NCBI GenBank assembly: GCA_965649215.1
Contig: CBFGJZ010000006.1
Coordinates: forward strand, 3,108-67,107
Length of the DNA stretch: 64,000 nt
Direction of reading: 5' to 3'
From: a candidate division WOR-3 bacterium
Lineage (GTDB): Bacteria; Hydrothermota; Tepidihabitantia; Tepidihabitantales; CAIPLT01
Shown: positions 28,288 through 37,869 of the stretch, one piece after another
Position numbering within the stretch: the stretch's first letter is position 1
How the letters are laid out: every line of letters starts with the position of its first letter
Program-made: the position numbers and the translations under genes
Notes under the pieces: generated by a model
Told to the model about the DNA's origin: nothing
The model's database searches: none
What the model saw: the letters and a program-made list of their open reading frames with translations, nothing else

Positions 28288-28796
28288 GCGGTAAGAACTT
28301 TTCTTAAAATTTCTAAAGATAATTTTTTGATTACTTTATTGATACCGTCGTCTTCACTTTCTTGTGAAACATCATATGTAATCCAACTAGAAACTTCACC
28401 ACGATATAAAGATTCATTACTAAATTTAGTTTTATCAATTATATCAATAAAAGCACTCATTGTTATACGATAATTAATAACTTCTTGATTTGCCGTATAC
28501 GATTGAGGAGACCGCTCATAATTTATAATACGACATTCTAAAATAAGATTTGCCCGCTCATTGGGTACAATTACGAGAGTTCGATCATTTGTAAAATCAT
28601 CAATTAATTGATTTGTTAAAAGTTCACCTAAATTAGGCTTGACCGTTTGATTACCTACTAAGGGAATAGCAATAGATTTATACTGAGGTGGTAAAGTTGA
28701 GCGAGTACTGTAGCCACAACAACTTAAAAATAAAACTATAAAATATAATAATTTATTCATTAATTTACTATAATCAGAGAAGACTAGGGTTGTCAA
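28281..28796 (-). CDS. LptE-like LPS-assembly lipoprotein
   Basis: Lipoprotein signal with Cys (FLSCCGY); size and position typical of LptE; weak similarity only. Confidence 0.4.
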   Translation of the reverse strand: MTTLVFSDYSKLMNKLLYFIVLFLSCCGYSTRSTLPPQYKSIAIPLVGNQTVKPNLGELLTNQLIDDFTNDRTLVIVPNERANLILECRIINYERSPQSYTANQEVINYRITMSAFIDIIDKTKFSNESLYRGEVSSWITYDVSQESEDDGINKVIKKLSLEILRKVLTAW

Positions 28797-29070
28797 TAGT
28801 TTTAGATTTATTAACAGAATTAACTAAATAATAACTTTAGGGCAAACGAATTCTTAATTACCATAATAGATATAAACATTAGTTAGTATATTAAACAAAT
28901 ATAAATATGACGCAAGGGGCGGAACGGCTCTCGGGCTTGCCTTTAAATTAATTAATGTTGTATATAAGTGAAGATATTTTGTAAGAAATTACTCATATCT
29001 ATTCCTGAATATTATATCAAAATAAAAAATCTTTTGTTGACATTCAAGAAATTTTATTTATATTAAATAT

Positions 29071-29445
29071 ATGGAAAATGAACGCAATAAGATTTTAGCA
29101 GCAGTTGGCTATATTCCTTTTTTATGTTTTATACCAATTTTCGCAGCACGAGATGATGAATATTGCCAGTTTCATGGTAAACAGAGCTTAGTGCTATTTA
29201 TAGCATATATAATAATTTCATTATTTTTATGGGTGATTAGTCTTATTTTAAGAGGATTGTTAGGTCATATTCCGATAATTGGATTAGTTTTTAAGTTTTT
29301 TGGATGGATTAGCCATAATTTCATTGGAACGATTATTGGAATTGCCTATTTAATTTTGATTATATTAAGTATCATATATGTAATTCTAGGACATAAATGG
29401 GAAATTCCGATTATTTCTAAATACGCAAAATCCCTTAATATCTAA
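29071..29445 (+). CDS. DUF4870-family small membrane protein
   Basis: N-terminal …NKILAAVGYIPFLCFIPI… motif and 3 TM segments typical of DUF4870. Confidence 0.55.
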   Translation: MENERNKILAAVGYIPFLCFIPIFAARDDEYCQFHGKQSLVLFIAYIIISLFLWVISLILRGLLGHIPIIGLVFKFFGWISHNFIGTIIGIAYLILIILSIIYVILGHKWEIPIISKYAKSLNI

Positions 29446-29536
29446 TAAAAAAAATATTATTTATTGTTCTGATAATTTATCTTATGTAAACAATGATTTT
29501 TTATTAAATCTTTTCTTCTTCTCCTCTTTTTAATAT

Positions 29537-31024
29537 CTACTTGTCTATTTTTTCGTAATTCGGTGCTTCTTTGGTGATTACAATATCGTGTGGATGACTT
29601 TCTTTTAAACCAGCATTACTTAAGCTGATAAATTTTGCTTTAGTTTGCAATTCTTTTATATTTTTTGTTCCACAATACCCCATTCCTGCTTTGAGTCCAC
29701 CAATTAATTGATAGATAACTTCACTAACTTTACCACGATATGGGACTCTCCCTTCAATTCCTTCAGGAACAAATTTTTTAACTCCCTCCTGAAAATACCG
29801 ATCTGCTGAACCACTCTTCATAGCGTCAATTGAACCCATAGCTCGGTAGATTTTATATTTTCTACCTTCTAATAAAACTTCTTCGCCAGGACTTTCTTCC
29901 GTACCGGCAAATAAATTGCCAATCATTACTGAACTTGCCCCTGCGGCTATTGCCTTTACGATATCTCCTGAATATCTGATTCCACCATCAGCAATTAATG
30001 GTATTTTATATTTACGCGCAAGGGTAACACAATTCATTATTGCAGAAAACTGAGGAACACCAATCCCAGCAATGACTCGTGTTGTACAAATCGAACCAGG
30101 ACCAATGCCAACTTTAATAGCATCAATGTCTAATTTAATTAAATCTCTTACTGCTTCAGTAGTTGCCACATTACCAACAACTAATTGAATATTGGGAAAC
30201 TTCTGACGAATAATTTTCGTTACTTTCATAACATTTAATGAATGACCATGCGCAGTATCAATAACTAAAGCGTCAACTTCGGCTTCAATTAAAGCGCTCG
30301 CTCTTTCTAAAAATTCACTACTCGTGCCTATTGCTGCAGCTACCCGCAATCGCCCTAATTTATCAACTGTAGAATGTTTATATTCTTGCTTTTTTATAAT
30401 ATCTTTTATAGTTATTAATCCTTTGATATGACCCTTTTTATCAATAATTGGTAATTTTTCAATCTTATATTTCTTTAAAATCAATTGGGCTTGTTTAAAG
30501 GTAGTTCCGACCGGAGCTGTAATTAAATTATCTTTTGTCATTACTTGCGATACTTTTTTAGATAAGTTATTTTCAAAAATGACATCGCGTTTTGTCAGCA
30601 TGCCAATTAATTTTCCAAAATTATCAATTACCGGTAAACCTGAAATCTGATATTTATTCATCAAATTATGAGCTTCTTGAATAGTTTGATTAGGTTTTAT
30701 TGTAATTGGATTTATTATCATTCCACTTTCTGCACGTTTTACTTTAATAACTTCTTTGGTTTGTTCATCAATGGATAAGTTTTTATGAATAACACCGATC
30801 CCACCGCACTGAGCTAAGGCAATCGCCATTTTTGCCTCGGTAACCGTATCCATTGCAGCACTAACTAATGGTATTGATAAGCTAATTTTACGAGTAAAAT
30901 AGGTTTGGGTATCAACATCTTTAGGAAGAATTGATGATTTTTGGGGAATTAATAAAATATCATCAAAAGCAAAAGCTTGTTTTATGTTCATAAAATTAAC
31001 TTCTCCCTGTTTAAGTTCGTTCAA
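29537..31024 (-). CDS. guaB: Inosine-5'-monophosphate dehydrogenase
   Basis: IMPDH catalytic loop ([11 protein letters not shown]), tandem CBS domains, 495 aa. Confidence 0.9.
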   Translation of the reverse strand: MNELKQGEVNFMNIKQAFAFDDILLIPQKSSILPKDVDTQTYFTRKISLSIPLVSAAMDTVTEAKMAIALAQCGGIGVIHKNLSIDEQTKEVIKVKRAESGMIINPITIKPNQTIQEAHNLMNKYQISGLPVIDNFGKLIGMLTKRDVIFENNLSKKVSQVMTKDNLITAPVGTTFKQAQLILKKYKIEKLPIIDKKGHIKGLITIKDIIKKQEYKHSTVDKLGRLRVAAAIGTSSEFLERASALIEAEVDALVIDTAHGHSLNVMKVTKIIRQKFPNIQLVVGNVATTEAVRDLIKLDIDAIKVGIGPGSICTTRVIAGIGVPQFSAIMNCVTLARKYKIPLIADGGIRYSGDIVKAIAAGASSVMIGNLFAGTEESPGEEVLLEGRKYKIYRAMGSIDAMKSGSADRYFQEGVKKFVPEGIEGRVPYRGKVSEVIYQLIGGLKAGMGYCGTKNIKELQTKAKFISLSNAGLKESHPHDIVITKEAPNYEKIDK

Positions 31025-31421
31025 AGGAAAAAGTTATTTCAGGGGGATTTTTTAATGTCCAAAATACTGAACAATAACGATCACGTGATAGTTCAAACAC
31101 TTTTTGTAAATCAGCATCCGCAATTTCAGAATTCGTTTTAAATATCAAATTAATTTTTATAAATCGCTTGGGATGTTCTGTCGCTCTCTCACCAATTACA
31201 GTTACTGAAAAATTTTTAAGGTCTACCCTCATCTTTTTCAGGATTGACACCATATCAAATGCCATACACCCAGCTAAAGAAACTAATAGTAAATCAACCG
31301 GTTGAAACCCCATTTCAGTACCACCAACTTCCTTTTTCGTATCGATAATAAAACTATGTCCTGCTTCATCATCAACAACAAATCTTAAATTATCAATCCA
31401 CTTTAATGTTACCTTTTGCAT
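31011..31421 (-). CDS. OsmC/Ohr-family peroxiredoxin-like protein
   Basis: 136 aa; OsmC fold motifs (LVSLAGCMAFD); overlaps guaB start by 14 nt. Confidence 0.7.
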   Translation of the reverse strand: MQKVTLKWIDNLRFVVDDEAGHSFIIDTKKEVGGTEMGFQPVDLLLVSLAGCMAFDMVSILKKMRVDLKNFSVTVIGERATEHPKRFIKINLIFKTNSEIADADLQKVFELSRDRYCSVFWTLKNPPEITFSFERT

Positions 31422-31426
31422 ATTCT

Positions 31427-31915
31427 CTATTGTTCTAATAGCTCTTTTATTTTAATTTCAAGTTGTGATTTGCTTTTTTCACTAAAACCAACTTCTTTAT
31501 AAACGATATTACCACTTCGATCAAAAACAAAAAATGTTGGAATGCCTTGAATTTGGTACTTTTTGGCAACTTCTTGATTACCAAGAAGAATTGGGTAATT
31601 TATCTTGTATTCATTGATAAAGGGTGGTATTGCTTCTTTATTCTGATCTAAAGAAATACCTAATATTGCTAATCCTTTATCTTTGTATTTATCATATAAA
31701 TCTACTAAATGAGGAATCGCTTCCTGACAAGGTGGACACCAAGTTGCCCAAAAATCAATTAATATAACTTTTTTCTTTAATTGTGATAAAGTGATTGTTC
31801 CGCCATCAATCTTTTCTAAAGTAAAATCGGTATCTTTAAAAACCGCCGGTGATTTTGTTTTAACACAACTTATTATTAAAAATATGGTACTGATGATTAT
31901 AATGATATATTTCAC
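31427..31915 (-). CDS. TlpA/redoxin-family thiol:disulfide oxidoreductase (secreted/anchored)
   Basis: Signal/anchor N-terminus; WATWCPPC active site. Confidence 0.8.
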   Translation of the reverse strand: MKYIIIIISTIFLIISCVKTKSPAVFKDTDFTLEKIDGGTITLSQLKKKVILIDFWATWCPPCQEAIPHLVDLYDKYKDKGLAILGISLDQNKEAIPPFINEYKINYPILLGNQEVAKKYQIQGIPTFFVFDRSGNIVYKEVGFSEKSKSQLEIKIKELLEQ

Positions 31916-31931
31916 TTTTACCTCTTATTTT

Positions 31932-32252
31932 TTATTGGATAATTTTATTAATTCGGTCAATTAAAAAACCTTTTGGTACAGCGCCGATAATAGAATCAAT
32001 AACTTTACCATCTTTAAAAAATAATAATGCAGGAATACTCATGATTTGATATTTTTGTGCCAACTCACTTTCATTATCAACATTCACTTTTGCAACTTTA
32101 ATTTTTCCTTCGTATTCTTGAGCAACCTGATCAATTACGGGAATCATCATTTGACACGGCATACACCAACTTGCCCAAAAATCTACTATGACTGGTATTT
32201 CTGAATCAATTACTTCTTTTTGAAAATTTGTGTTATTTAATTCTATTGGCAT
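31932..32252 (-). CDS. trxA: Thioredoxin
   Basis: 106 aa, WASWCMPC active site. Confidence 0.85.
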   Translation of the reverse strand: MPIELNNTNFQKEVIDSEIPVIVDFWASWCMPCQMMIPVIDQVAQEYEGKIKVAKVNVDNESELAQKYQIMSIPALLFFKDGKVIDSIIGAVPKGFLIDRINKIIQ

Positions 32253-32274
32253 TAGATATTATACTGTGAATCAA

Positions 32275-33138
32275 TCATCTGTCAAGTTGATTCAATAATT
32301 CGGAAATATTATTTATTGTCACTGCCCCCAGTGAGATTATTTTCTCATTCATAATTGAATTAATCCCTTTCAAAATAAACACTTTTTTATTATATTGAGT
32401 CGCATATTCAACAGTACTTAAAGTTCCACCGCTATCACCGGCTTCAATTACTAAGAGGTAATCAGAAAGCATTGCAGTAATTCGATTTCTTAATAACGCA
32501 TTTGCTAATGACCATTCACTTAAAGGGAAAAATTCGGATAATAATATCGCTTGGCTAGAAAATTCATCGGCTGATTGCTTGAGCTCTTCATGTAATCGGA
32601 ACTTTAAAATTCCTGTCGGTAAGACTGCAATCGTTAACTGATTATTATCGACTGCACCGTGATGGGCAGCCGTATCAATTCCCTTAGCATAACCACTTAC
32701 AATTATAAATCCATTGCGGGCAAGTTCTGAAGCAAACTTATAAGCCTGTTCTTTACCGTATTGCGAGGCATCGCGAGTTCCGATTATACCAAAAGTTTTA
32801 CCGTTTGGTAAATAGCGAGAAAGATATAATAGTGACGGTGCATTACTAATTTTATTTAGAACAAAAGGATATGATTTATCGTGTTTAGTAATAACTTTAA
32901 TATTACGATTATATAATTGTTGTAAAATTTTCTCCATTTCATCAAGTTTATCTTTTGCTCGAAGTATCTCATTAATAATTCTTTGATTAAGGCGAGGAAT
33001 CTTTTCTAATTCATCGAATGTCGCTTCAAATACTGCTTTTGGATTTTTATAATTTTCTAAAAGATTCTGAAAAGTTGCAGGTCCGATTCCTTCGATACTC
33101 TGTAATAATAAATAATATTTTAAATTATTTGCATCCAT
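32275..33138 (-). CDS. dprA: DNA-processing protein DprA (Smf)
   Basis: Rossmann-like DprA core (GIIGTRDASQYG…SGYAKGIDTAAH…GGTLSTVEYA), 287 aa. Confidence 0.8.
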   Translation of the reverse strand: MDANNLKYYLLLQSIEGIGPATFQNLLENYKNPKAVFEATFDELEKIPRLNQRIINEILRAKDKLDEMEKILQQLYNRNIKVITKHDKSYPFVLNKISNAPSLLYLSRYLPNGKTFGIIGTRDASQYGKEQAYKFASELARNGFIIVSGYAKGIDTAAHHGAVDNNQLTIAVLPTGILKFRLHEELKQSADEFSSQAILLSEFFPLSEWSLANALLRNRITAMLSDYLLVIEAGDSGGTLSTVEYATQYNKKVFILKGINSIMNEKIISLGAVTINNISELLNQLDR

Positions 33139-33164
33139 TAAAATTAATTATCAATAACTTGTAT

Positions 33165-33848
33165 TTAAAATTTTTGGATTTTATTTTTCATAGCAAGAAC
33201 ATAAGCAAGCTCAGATTTTGCTTGTTCAGCATTTTCCCCGGGCGGCAATTCTTTAATCGCTAATTGGTAAATTTTTTCGGCATTATTAAGGTCATTAAGC
33301 GTTCGATATGCACGACCCGCAGCAAGTAAAGCATCCGCGGCTAAAGGAAATTTTTTATATTTGTGATAAACTTGTTCATATATTAGTGCCGCTTTACGAT
33401 AATTCTGTTGTTCTTCATAGCAATTACCAATAGCAAATAACGATGCTGGTCCTAACACATCATTATTTTTTAGTCTGCTATAGGCTTTTTCATAAAAACT
33501 GCGTGCTTTTGTAAAATCCTGGTTTTGATATGCAATATTACCTAAATAAAAAAATGCTTTTGCAGATAAGTAATGACGACCGAAACGGCGTGTAAATTCA
33601 ATAAATTTCTCATTTGCCGCATCTAATTGGTCAGGACTTTGCGCTACTGAATAAATACCTAATGCTTCGGTGAAACGTAATTGTACTTCCGGATTTTCTT
33701 TTCCCCGACCGGATAGACTAATAATAATTGCAACAATAATAACGATAATTACACCAATACCAATAAAAAACTTTTGTCTCTGATGATAATATAAAGAAAC
33801 AATTTTTGTTATAAATTCTTGAAACTTATCTTCCGTCGTATGTGCCAT
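33165..33848 (-). CDS. Membrane-anchored tetratricopeptide-repeat protein
   Basis: N-terminal TM helix then multiple TPR-like 34-aa repeats. Confidence 0.7.
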   Translation of the reverse strand: MAHTTEDKFQEFITKIVSLYYHQRQKFFIGIGVIIVIIVAIIISLSGRGKENPEVQLRFTEALGIYSVAQSPDQLDAANEKFIEFTRRFGRHYLSAKAFFYLGNIAYQNQDFTKARSFYEKAYSRLKNNDVLGPASLFAIGNCYEEQQNYRKAALIYEQVYHKYKKFPLAADALLAAGRAYRTLNDLNNAEKIYQLAIKELPPGENAEQAKSELAYVLAMKNKIQKF

Positions 33849-33879
33849 AAAAAACCTTTCTTTGTATTAATTCCTAAAC

Positions 33880-33952
33880 TACCCCTGGTGAGATTCGAAC
33901 TCACGACCTACGGTTTAGGAAACCGTCACTCTTTCCAACTGAGCTACAGGGG
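33880..33952 (-). tRNA. tRNA-Arg (anticodon CCT)
   Basis: Manually folded cloverleaf on the minus strand: acceptor GCCCCTG/CAGGGGT; D-arm GCTC…GAGT; anticodon stem ACGGT/ACCGT with loop TTCCTAA; T-arm GTGAG-TTCGAAT-CTCAC; discriminator A; CCA not encoded. Confidence 0.85.
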
Positions 33953-34000
33953 CTAATCATATCATTATATTAGATTAATAAATTCTGTCAATCAATTATC

Positions 34001-34363
34001 TTACAAACCTTGACAACTTTCTGCCTCATATTTTTCTTTGATCATATCTTCGATTGTTTTAGTAGTTTCTTCGCTTATTAATGACTTTACATGTTCAAAA
34101 TCGGCTTCAATGTTGCGTGAATATTCTTCTAATTCTCTAAGTGCTTTTTTCCCACTCGCATATTCTAAACATTTTAAACGTCTCAATAGTACTTCATAAG
34201 GTTTATCCGAGGTATAGGTTAATAGCGTATATCTAGCAACAAAACTATGACAATTAGCACATTCGATGTAAACTCTGATATGTTCACCGGTTTTAACATG
34301 AACATAATTAATTAATGTTGTGCTATTGCACTTCGGGCATGCTTCTTTTTTAGCATTTTCCAT
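34001..34363 (-). CDS. Hypothetical zinc-ribbon protein (CxxC…CxxC)
   Basis: CPKCN…CANCH pair; 120 aa; no family recognised. Confidence 0.45.
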   Translation of the reverse strand: MENAKKEACPKCNSTTLINYVHVKTGEHIRVYIECANCHSFVARYTLLTYTSDKPYEVLLRRLKCLEYASGKKALRELEEYSRNIEADFEHVKSLISEETTKTIEDMIKEKYEAESCQGL

Positions 34364-34384
34364 TATTATAACTCCTTTAAGACT

Positions 34385-35737
34385 TTATTTGAAAAATAAA
34401 ATTGTTATTAGTTTTATATAAAATATAATAACGATCGCTGATATTATTGCAATAATACTACCATATTTAATCATATTCCTAATTTTTATTAAACCTGAAC
34501 CATAAGCAATTGCATTTGGTGGCGTACTAACTGGTAAAATCATCGCAATTGATGCTGCAATACTAACAATTAATGCAGTATCTATTGATTTAGCAGTAAG
34601 GCCGACTGCGATCGGCAATAAAATTGCAGCAGTACTAGTATTGGAAATAAAACTAGTTAATATTATAGTTATAATAGATAGCCCAGCTAAGAGTAATAAA
34701 CTCGGAAATGCTTGAAAATTTAATAAATTAACAAACCAATTGGAAAGGCCACTTTTTTCGATCGACATTCCCAGTGATAATCCACCACCCATTAATATTA
34801 AAGTATCCCAACCTAAATTACCAAAATGCTCTTCTTTTAATAAACCAAAACCACTAAAAATTATTACTGGAATTAACGAAACAATACTCGTTGGAATTTT
34901 ATGCAATTCTGCTGTTAACCATAATAAAAATGTAAGCCCAAATACTCCTAATACTAACTTTTGTTCAGATGTAAATCCTTGTGTCTTATTTTCAATTAAT
35001 TGAACATTTTTTATCTTGGATTTAAAGCCCATCTTTAATATCAAATAAATAATGATAAAAAGTAAAATTGTTAATGGGACAGCAAATGCCATCCAACCGA
35101 TAAAAGATAAATTAATATTTTTAGAACGCAATATGCTAATTGCTAATGCATTTGGTGGTGTTCCAATGGGAGTAGCAATTCCACCGATATTAGCGGCAAA
35201 AGGAATGCCTAAAGCAAGGGCGGGTATTAGCGGGTCTTCGGGAGGGATATTTTGCTTTAAGACTAATACTAAGCCAATCATTAAAGCGGTTGTTGCTGTA
35301 TTAGACATCCACATTGAAAGAAATGCAGTAACTGCCATTAATCCAATTAGAACCCGATTAGAATCGTTACCAATGCGTTTTAGAATTAAGAATACAAACC
35401 ATTCATCTAAATCATATTTTTTTAAAGCTTGAGCTAATACTAAACCACCTAAGAACAATACAATAACTGAATCAAAAAAAGGTACAAGAAATATTCGAAA
35501 ATTATCACCCATGGGCGGAATATGAGTGAGAAATACTGCTTGTAAAAATAAGATAATAAACGAGGTAACATACAAAGGAACAACTTCACTAATCCAGAAT
35601 AAAGAAGCGATAATCAAAATGCAAAGAGTCCTTTTACTTGCTTCGGTTAATCCATGAATAGGAAGTAAATAAATAATTAATGTAATTAGGGTAAATAATA
35701 AAATTAAGATTATTTTTTTTATTGTTTCTTTTTTCAC
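34385..35737 (-). CDS. Anion permease of the ArsB/NhaD-DASS (SLC13-like citrate/di-carboxylate transporter) superfamily
   Basis: 450 aa, 10+ TM segments, duplicated GGxxTxxGTPPN-type hairpin motifs (IGTPPNALAI; VSTPPNAIAY). Confidence 0.65.
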   Translation of the reverse strand: MKKETIKKIILILLFTLITLIIYLLPIHGLTEASKRTLCILIIASLFWISEVVPLYVTSFIILFLQAVFLTHIPPMGDNFRIFLVPFFDSVIVLFLGGLVLAQALKKYDLDEWFVFLILKRIGNDSNRVLIGLMAVTAFLSMWMSNTATTALMIGLVLVLKQNIPPEDPLIPALALGIPFAANIGGIATPIGTPPNALAISILRSKNINLSFIGWMAFAVPLTILLFIIIYLILKMGFKSKIKNVQLIENKTQGFTSEQKLVLGVFGLTFLLWLTAELHKIPTSIVSLIPVIIFSGFGLLKEEHFGNLGWDTLILMGGGLSLGMSIEKSGLSNWFVNLLNFQAFPSLLLLAGLSIITIILTSFISNTSTAAILLPIAVGLTAKSIDTALIVSIAASIAMILPVSTPPNAIAYGSGLIKIRNMIKYGSIIAIISAIVIIFYIKLITILFFK

Positions 35738-35755
35738 AGGATAGTTTAATGTATC

Positions 35756-37867
35756 TTATAAGAGGAATCGGGCATCAATTGCTACTGCTCCTTTTCCCTC
35801 TTCATATACAACAAATGGGTTTATGTCTATTTCATTAAACTCAGGAAAGTCGGTTGTTAATTGGGATAATCTTTGTAAAGATTCTTCAATTATTTTTATA
35901 TCCGCTGGCCCTTTACCTCTAAATCCCTTAAGAATTCGATAACTCTTTATTTCTTGAATCATATGGAGTGCTGATAAAGCTTTAATTGGACAAATTCGAA
36001 AACTGACATCGCGCAGTACTTCCACATAAATACCACCTAAGCCAAACATAATAAGCGAACCAAATTGAGGATCTTTTTTAATACCCATAATTGTTTCAAT
36101 ACCGCGTGCTGCCATTTTTTGTATGAGAAATCCTTCAATTCGTGTGGTTGGTTTTAGAGCTTTAATTTTATTTTGCATTTCTTTGTATTTGCTTATTAAT
36201 TCGTCATCATTGTTGATATCAATTGCAACACCACCAACATCGGTTTTATGCAGGATATCTGGTGAAACTACTTTCATAACTAGCGGATAACCGATTTCCT
36301 TTGCTTTTGTTATTAATTCATCAGGAGTTTTAACTAAAGTATTTGGTAAAATAGGAATCTTATAAGCATTGAGAATTTGGTAACCTTCATTTTCAAGAAG
36401 TGCCTTGGGAGAACGATTTTGAACATTTTTAATAATCATTGCTACTGTTTCTTTGTCGACATCATCAAAATATCTTACTTCGCTTTTTGGTAGTTGAGTC
36501 CAATCATAAAATGAACACATGTTGGCTAAAGCTTTTGCCGCAGTTTCAGGAAAAGGATAATATGGTATTTTAGCTTGCCATAATGTTTGAATTACTTCTT
36601 TTGTATTTTCTAACGATAAAAGACAACCCATAATTGGTTTAGCATAATTGGGAGCAATTTTGATGATTTCTTGAGCAATCGTTTTTGTCTCAGCCATTAA
36701 AGTTGGTGTCCAGATCGCGATGATGCCATCCACATTATCATCTTCTAATAATAATTTAAGCGCTTGGGAATATCTCTTTTCGTCCGCATCTCCAATTACA
36801 TCAAGAGGATTGTTAATACTCGCTGAAGAAGGTAAGAAGTTTCTAAGACTCTGTTTTGTTGTTTCGGTGAAAGTAGATAATTGTAATTCATTTCTAATTA
36901 CAGAATCCGTTGCCATAATACCCATTCCACCCGCATTGGTAATAATTGCCATCTTACGAGATTTTGGAATTGGTTGTCCAGAGAATGCTTTAGCATAATC
37001 AAATAACTCACTTACTGTATCGACTCGGATAATACCACATTGATGTAAAAATGCGTTATATGCCTCATCAGAACCAGCTAAAGCACCAGTATGAGAAGAT
37101 GCCGCCTTTGCACCTTCTGTAGTCCGGCCTGACTTAATTGCCAAAATTGGTTTACCAATATTTGCTGTGACATCATACGCTACATCCATAAATTTTTTAG
37201 GATACACTAAATCCTCTAAATAAAGGATAATTACAGTTGTTTGTTCGTCGTCTCGAAGATATTCCAATAAATCATTTTCATTGATATCAGCTTTATTACC
37301 AATTGAAATAAACTTTGATAATCCAATTCCCTCTGCTTCTGCATATTCTAATGCAGTTACCCCAACTGCACCACTCTGAGAAACAAAAGCAATATTACCA
37401 CTCGGTGGCAATGCTTTACCAAAAGTTGCATTAAGCCGAACCCGATGATCAGAATTTATCATACCAAAACAATTAGGACCGATTAAAGAAAGATTGTGTT
37501 TCTGGGCAATTTCTTTAATTCGTTTTTCTAACTTAAGACCGCTCTCCCCTATTTCTTTAAACCCCGCAGTAATAATTATGGCACCTTTTACATTTTTTTG
37601 ACCGCATTCTTCAATTATTTCTGGAACTGCCGGAGCAGGAACAATTATAACCGCTAAATCAACCTCGTCAGGAATATGCAAAACCGATGGAAATGCTTTT
37701 ACTCCGAGCACGCTCCGAACATTAGGATTAACCGGATAAACAATACCTGTAAATCCGTTCATTAGGATATTAGCAAAAGTTGCTTGCCCAACACTGCCGG
37801 CTCGAGTTGAAGCCCCAATTACGGCAATTGAGCGCGGCCAGAAGATAAACTTTAAATTCGGATTCAT
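35756..37867 (-). CDS. Acetate--CoA ligase (ADP-forming) / NDP-forming acyl-CoA synthetase, fused alpha+beta
   Basis: N-terminal CoA-binding (VIGASTRAGSVG) and succinyl-CoA-synthetase-like domains plus C-terminal ATP-grasp; 703 aa. Confidence 0.8.
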   Translation of the reverse strand: MNPNLKFIFWPRSIAVIGASTRAGSVGQATFANILMNGFTGIVYPVNPNVRSVLGVKAFPSVLHIPDEVDLAVIIVPAPAVPEIIEECGQKNVKGAIIITAGFKEIGESGLKLEKRIKEIAQKHNLSLIGPNCFGMINSDHRVRLNATFGKALPPSGNIAFVSQSGAVGVTALEYAEAEGIGLSKFISIGNKADINENDLLEYLRDDEQTTVIILYLEDLVYPKKFMDVAYDVTANIGKPILAIKSGRTTEGAKAASSHTGALAGSDEAYNAFLHQCGIIRVDTVSELFDYAKAFSGQPIPKSRKMAIITNAGGMGIMATDSVIRNELQLSTFTETTKQSLRNFLPSSASINNPLDVIGDADEKRYSQALKLLLEDDNVDGIIAIWTPTLMAETKTIAQEIIKIAPNYAKPIMGCLLSLENTKEVIQTLWQAKIPYYPFPETAAKALANMCSFYDWTQLPKSEVRYFDDVDKETVAMIIKNVQNRSPKALLENEGYQILNAYKIPILPNTLVKTPDELITKAKEIGYPLVMKVVSPDILHKTDVGGVAIDINNDDELISKYKEMQNKIKALKPTTRIEGFLIQKMAARGIETIMGIKKDPQFGSLIMFGLGGIYVEVLRDVSFRICPIKALSALHMIQEIKSYRILKGFRGKGPADIKIIEESLQRLSQLTTDFPEFNEIDINPFVVYEEGKGAVAIDARFLL

Positions 37868-37869
37868 AT

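Noticed and set aside
28900-28945. Short GC-rich patch (gacgcaaggggcggaacggctctcgggcttgcc) in the AT-rich divergent region between the lptE-like and DUF4870 genes
   Set aside because: Only weak self-complementarity was found, and no repeat or ORF. It is insufficient to call a feature, but it is noted in case transcript data show an sRNA.
34740-35432. Plus-strand ORFs of 87 and 126 aa
   Set aside because: Both are antisense within the well-supported DASS transporter gene. They are shadow ORFs with no independent support.
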